Positions 58,904 to 64,000 of a DNA stretch of 64,000 bases are shown one piece after another. The stretch comes from an uncultured Acidobacteriota bacterium (GTDB lineage: Bacteria; Acidobacteriota; Blastocatellia; RBC074). The translations under genes were made by a program, and so were the position numbers. Positions within the stretch are counted from its first letter, which is position 1. Every line of letters begins with the position of its first letter. The DNA lies in the NCBI GenBank assembly GCA_963796275.1, contig CAWCKY010000003.1, forward strand, positions 576,001-640,000. The letters are read 5' to 3'. Below the pieces are notes generated by a model. That model saw only the letters and a program-made list of their open reading frames with translations. It searched no databases and was not told the DNA's origin.

Positions 58904-59767
58904 ATGCATTTAATCATTCAACCGCGCGATGGTATCGAACCCTTGCTCCAAGGCATCGATCAGGCAAGGCATCGTATAGAGATCACCATCTATCGCCTCG
59001 ATCAGATAGAGATCGAACAGGCTCTGGTTGCCGCGGCGGCACGGGGTGTGGCAGTTCATGCCTTGATCACTTACACCAATCGTGAAGACCTGCGAGATAT
59101 CAAGAAGCTCGAAAGGCGCATGGCCCAATGTGGGATAACCGTCACACGCACCGCCGAAGACCTGATCCGTTATCACAGTAAGTTGATGATCATCGATCGG
59201 CGCTTGCTCTATCTGCTCACTTTCAACTTCACCTTTCTCGATATTCACCACAGCCGCAGCTTCGGTATGGTCACTGAAGAGACGGCGCTGGTAAACGAAG
59301 CTGTACGGTTGTTTGAGATCGATACCTTACGCCAGCCCGGGAAGACGGACTTCGAGCACTTCATTATCAGCCCGATTAACGCGCGCGAGAGGCTGACCAG
59401 CTTCATCCTCGGAGCCGAAAAACAACTCTTGATATACGATGACAAGCTTTCCGATGCGCTCATAATCCGACATCTCGAGGTGCTTTCAGAATCGGGGATC
59501 GACATCAAGGTCATCGGCGAGATGGAGAAGCGCGCCAAGGGAATCGAGGTCAAGAAGATACCCGGTCTTCATCTTCATACACAGGCGATCATACGCGACC
59601 GCAACCATGTGTTCTTCGGCAGTCAGAGCTTGCGCAAAGTCGAACTGGAGGAACGCCGCGAAATCGGCTTGATCACCAGCAATAAGGCTGCTGTCAAAAG
59701 TTTCTTCGTAATATTCGAGTTGGACTGGGGAGATATCATCCTATATCCCGGCGAGCAGATCAGGTAG
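58904..59767 (+). CDS. Phospholipase D-family protein
   Basis: First HKD motif YHSKLMIID; second motif degenerate LHTQAIIRD...GSQSL; starts 8 nt after the FHA gene. Confidence 0.85.
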   Translation: MHLIIQPRDGIEPLLQGIDQARHRIEITIYRLDQIEIEQALVAAAARGVAVHALITYTNREDLRDIKKLERRMAQCGITVTRTAEDLIRYHSKLMIIDRRLLYLLTFNFTFLDIHHSRSFGMVTEETALVNEAVRLFEIDTLRQPGKTDFEHFIISPINARERLTSFILGAEKQLLIYDDKLSDALIIRHLEVLSESGIDIKVIGEMEKRAKGIEVKKIPGLHLHTQAIIRDRNHVFFGSQSLRKVELEERREIGLITSNKAAVKSFFVIFELDWGDIILYPGEQIR

Positions 59768-59814
59768 AGCAGAACCTCCATCCTTTTCCTCAATTTCACC
59801 CCCAAATTCAATTG

Positions 59815-59881
59815 TTTAATATCTAGTTTAATATCTAATTGATATCGATTTAATGTCGAATTAATGCGCAATCGATATAAT
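59815..59881 (+). promoter_or_regulatory. Pho-box-like array plus -10 element for phoU-phoB-phoR
   Basis: TTTAAT 59815, TTTAAT 59827, ATTGAT 59838, TTTAAT 59849, ATTAAT 59860 (12 then 11-bp steps), 10-nt spacer, then TATAAT 59876-59881. Confidence 0.78.
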
Positions 59882-60045
59882 ACAATTTAAGAATGCGAAA
59901 CGGGGTGGGGGACCGGGGGGGATAACTGAAACCTTAAGCTTGTTTTTCAATGATACAAATGGCAAATTTCCATAATATCAGTAATGTGCAACTAATTTCG
60001 GAACGAGCCGGCGAGATGTCTCGAGAGATGATGCCGGAGGGAACG

Positions 60046-60708
60046 ATGAGAAATTTGCCGGAAACGGCTGTGAATCAACTGCGGGATCACGTGCTGCTGA
60101 TGGGAGGAGAGGTCGAACGCGCGATTGACCAGGCAACGCGGGCGTTGATAGAACGCGACACGGAACTGGCCGAACAGGTGCTTCGCGATGATGATCTCGT
60201 CGATGGTCTGGAGCTCGAATCAGATCAGCTATGCGTAAGGTTGCTCGCCTTGCAACTATCCGACCCGCAGGACCTGCGGTTGGTTGTTACTGCCATCAAG
60301 ATTACCCCGATCCTCGAAAGAATTGCCGATCACGCCTGCAATATCGCACGAGCAGCGATCTATCTGAACGACGAGCCGCAATTGCAACCATATTTTGATT
60401 TACCGAAGATGAGCTGGCTGGCCTGCGAGATGCTGCGCTTATCGCTCGATGCCTTCGCGGCAGTCGATGCGGCGGCCGCCCGCGCTGTGATCGAGCGCGA
60501 CGACGATATAGATAAGCTATATGATCGGATCTTTCACGATCTCCTCGCCCGCATGTCGCGTGATCCGGATGCTGCGGGGCGCGCTGCGCGTCTCCTGCTG
60601 GTCGCCAAACATCTCGAACGCATCGGTGATTATGTTACCGACATCTGCGAGCTGATAGTTTACATGAAAGATGCCCTCGTCATTAAACATAGCCAATTGG
60701 CAAGATGA
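60046..60708 (+). CDS. phoU: Phosphate signalling protein PhoU
   Basis: DDDLVDGLE, DLR.V..AIKI...LERIADHA.NIA, DDDIDKLY, LERIGDY.TDICE; GGAGGG RBS before ATG 60046. Confidence 0.95.
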   Translation: MRNLPETAVNQLRDHVLLMGGEVERAIDQATRALIERDTELAEQVLRDDDLVDGLELESDQLCVRLLALQLSDPQDLRLVVTAIKITPILERIADHACNIARAAIYLNDEPQLQPYFDLPKMSWLACEMLRLSLDAFAAVDAAAARAVIERDDDIDKLYDRIFHDLLARMSRDPDAAGRAARLLLVAKHLERIGDYVTDICELIVYMKDALVIKHSQLAR

Positions 60709-60806
60709 CTTTTGATTGGGATGGCAGACTGCGAATTGTTGATCGAGATGGGTTTAATCCTGGCCGATTCAACAATCCGAGATCCGCAATCCGGAATCCG
60801 CAATCT

Positions 60807-61621
<815 letters not shown>

Positions 61622-61633
61622 TGATAATCCGGA

Positions 61634-63007
61634 ATGACGACGCAAGGGAAAAAAGTAATCCTCGCCACCATCGTAATGGTAGCGTTCTTTGCACTGTATG
61701 AAACGCTAAAGACGCTGATCCACCCGGAGATGAGCGTCATCACATCACACCTCATTTCAACTATTATTGTCGGCATAATCGCCTTCCTCACTGCCCGCTA
61801 TGGGATTCGGCAGCAGACCCATCTGCTCGAAGAGCGCGAGAAGAGCAATCTGCAGCTGCGCGATGCTCTCGCGCGAGCCGGCCGGGACGAAAATTTGCTG
61901 CGTTCCATCGTCTCATCGGTCGCCGAAGGGCTTGTCATCACGGACAGCGAATCGAGAGTGCTCATCATAAATGATGCCGCGCGCACATTTCTCAACATCG
62001 GCCGGCGGCCGGCGACGAGGTTGACCGACATCAGTCGCGACCCGCAGGTGCACCGCGCTTTCTCGAACGTGCTGGCGACCGGCGAATGCGCGGAAGCGCG
62101 CATCGAAACGCGGTCGGGCGATGGCACCGCCGTCAGCCGGCGCATTCTTCACCTCCATGCCGCCCCACTCAAGCTCCAAGAAGGTCAGATAGATGGAGTA
62201 GTGGGGGCTTTCATCGATATCTCGAAACTTGAGCTGCTCGAGCGGATACGGCAGGAATTTCTTTCGAATGTGTCCCACGAATTGAGGACCCCGCTCGCCT
62301 CCATCACCGCCTATGTTGAGACATTGCTCGACGGTGGGATGGATGATCGCGATACCAGCATGCGATTCCTCAACACAATACATCGCAATGCCGAGCGGAT
62401 GAGGGCGCTGGTGAACGACATTTCCGAACTGTCGGAGATAGAATCCGGCGCAGTGCACCTCACCATCGAGCCTTTTGAATTGCGCGAACTTGTCGATGAA
62501 GTATTTTCGGGACTGGCACCGCGTGCGGCGAAAAGCGGAGTCCTGCTCGATAATAAGGTTTCGGGTGCGATAGACGTTACGGCTGACCGCCACCGGCTCG
62601 AGCAGATACTCGTAAATCTCGTCGACAATGCGATCAAATTCAACCATCCGGGCGGACAAGTGGCCGTCGCGGCAGAGATTGTCCAGGACGGGATTCTCGT
62701 AAAAGTACGCGACACCGGGCAGGGCATTTCAGCAGAACACCTGCCCCGGGTATTCGAACGGTTTTATCGCGTCGACAGAGCGCGCTCGCGCGAAGCTGGC
62801 GGCACGGGGCTGGGTCTCGCCATAGTCAAACATCTGGCGCGTCTGCACGGCGGCGAAGCTTATGTCACGAGCGAGGCCGGATCCGGCAGCGAATTCGCCA
62901 TCAAGCTCCCCCATACATCGCTGGTCAAATCTCATCCGCAAGAACTTCCATCCGATACCAAGATAGCCGGCTCCCCTGTACAACCGATTTTTCATAACGT
63001 CAATTGA
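61634..63007 (+). CDS. phoR: PhoR-like sensor histidine kinase
   Basis: Two TM helices, PAS (EGLVITD...NDAA), FLSNVSHELRTPL, NLVDNAIKF, DTGQGI, FERFYRVDRARSR, GGTGLGLAIVKH. Confidence 0.92.
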   Translation: MTTQGKKVILATIVMVAFFALYETLKTLIHPEMSVITSHLISTIIVGIIAFLTARYGIRQQTHLLEEREKSNLQLRDALARAGRDENLLRSIVSSVAEGLVITDSESRVLIINDAARTFLNIGRRPATRLTDISRDPQVHRAFSNVLATGECAEARIETRSGDGTAVSRRILHLHAAPLKLQEGQIDGVVGAFIDISKLELLERIRQEFLSNVSHELRTPLASITAYVETLLDGGMDDRDTSMRFLNTIHRNAERMRALVNDISELSEIESGAVHLTIEPFELRELVDEVFSGLAPRAAKSGVLLDNKVSGAIDVTADRHRLEQILVNLVDNAIKFNHPGGQVAVAAEIVQDGILVKVRDTGQGISAEHLPRVFERFYRVDRARSREAGGTGLGLAIVKHLARLHGGEAYVTSEAGSGSEFAIKLPHTSLVKSHPQELPSDTKIAGSPVQPIFHNVN

Positions 63008-63016
63008 ATACTAGAA

Positions 63017-63475
63017 ATGGATCGTAAAACTGACTCGAACCGACGTGGGCGACTTCAGCTCAAAGTTAAACGGCTCCGGGAGGGTGCACATCTGCCGGCG
63101 CACGCAACCGATTGGTCGGCCGGCGCCGATCTATATTGTGCGGAAGCCTTCACACTCCAACCCGGGGAAAGAAAACTCGTGCCCGCCGGACTGGCGATCG
63201 AAATTCCTTACGGTTATTACGGTCGCATCGCGCCCCGTTCGGGCCTGGCCGTCCGTCACGGCATAGATACACTGGCCGGGATTATCGACAGCGACTATCG
63301 GGGCGAATTGAAAGTCGCGCTTATCAACCTCGGTGATCAGCCGGCGCGATTCGACGCCGGTGAGCGCGTCGCGCAATTAATTATCGAACGAGCTGCGAGC
63401 TGTGATTACTGCTGGGCAGATGAATTGAGCGAGACAGAGAGAGACGAAGGCGGCTTCGGCTCGACAGGAAAATAG
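63017..63475 (+). CDS. dut: dUTP diphosphatase
   Basis: AGADL, PRSGLA, GIIDSDYRGE, AQL, RDEGGFGSTG. Confidence 0.97.
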   Translation: MDRKTDSNRRGRLQLKVKRLREGAHLPAHATDWSAGADLYCAEAFTLQPGERKLVPAGLAIEIPYGYYGRIAPRSGLAVRHGIDTLAGIIDSDYRGELKVALINLGDQPARFDAGERVAQLIIERAASCDYCWADELSETERDEGGFGSTGK

Positions 63476-63502
63476 CTTCAGTCGATCAGGGATTTGATGC
63501 CG

Positions 63503-63613
63503 AGACGCAAAGGAAATGAGCAAACAACGAAAAGTGACGGGCCAGCCGAAACTTTCTCGAGCTTTTAGTTTGTTTAACGACTTCCATTCTTTTCGCTTTG
63601 TGCTCTTTGCGTC
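63503..63613. repeat. Imperfect palindrome with purine-rich and pyrimidine-rich arms
   Basis: gacgcaaaggaaatgagcaaacaacgaaaag ... cttttcgctttgtgctctttgcgtc. Confidence 0.6.
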
Positions 63614-63684
63614 AGATCCTTTTTGATTTAGAATCCGCGCGATCCGCACTCAGCCCTTGTTTCTGTCACGGAGGGATTAGATTT

Positions 63685-64000
63685 ATGAAAGATCGACGTG
63701 GTTTCCTAAAATCGGCGGGCGCGAGTTTGATGACCGCGGCGACATATAAAAACATAATGGGCTCGAACGATCGCGTTAGTGTCGGATTTATCGGCATCGG
63801 GCTCATCGGCAAGCGACATTTGCTCGATTTTCTGGCTCAGCCGGATGTCGATGTCGCGGCGATATGTGAGATTTACGAGCCGCGGATGCGGGAAGGCGTC
63901 GCTACCGCATCGGAAAAATCCGGAAAACAGCCCGAAACCTTCAAGGATTTCCGGCGGATGCTCGACCGGAAGGATATAGATGCAGTGGTCGTCTCGACGC
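63685..64000 (+). CDS. Tat-exported Gfo/Idh/MocA oxidoreductase, truncated by window edge
   Basis: Manual translation MKDRRGFLKSAGASL...NDRVSVGFIGIGLIGKRHL...DFRRMLDRKDIDAVVVST; not in the ORF track. Confidence 0.88.
   Translation, partial: MKDRRGFLKSAGASLMTAATYKNIMGSNDRVSVGFIGIGLIGKRHLLDFLAQPDVDVAAICEIYEPRMREGVATASEKSGKQPETFKDFRRMLDRKDIDAVVVST

Overview
About 64 kb of bacterial chromosome. Gene content and style suggest Acidobacteriota, probably Blastocatellia-like (inference). It holds roughly 55 mostly housekeeping or envelope genes (speY-like, ggt, lnt, thiE, truB, prkA-yeaH, argF, murJ, nfi, dut) and one tRNA-Ala(GGC). No CRISPR array, rRNA or transposase is visible. Main signals: (1) a phosphate-starvation neighbourhood at 49.4-63.0 kb. 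The phoU-phoB-phoR, olsBA-like (phosphorus-free aminolipid) and Oar-like TonB receptor promoters each carry 5-6 hexamers at 11-bp period, ending exactly 10 nt before a -10 element. An FHA-MshEN-FHA-TM-DUF3616 gene and a phospholipase D gene lie between them. (2) An apparently exported TPR-CHAT (caspase-like) protease with a peptidoglycan-binding SPOR domain inserted between its catalytic His and Cys, divergent from an ECF-type sigma factor. (3) Scattered microcompartment shell genes plus a 92-aa protein made of an encapsulation-peptide-like helix and a Cys4 cluster. (4) Two copies of a ~240-bp palindromic element with TG..CA ends, four internal REP-like units and 6-bp target duplications. (5) A D2-only Clp ATPase that keeps an IGF loop. 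(6) A Gly-X-Y repeat insertion with a frameshift in phoB. The prkA region has dense indels that look like a consensus artefact, so single frameshifts in this window need read-level checking. All family calls come from motif recognition by eye; no searches were run.
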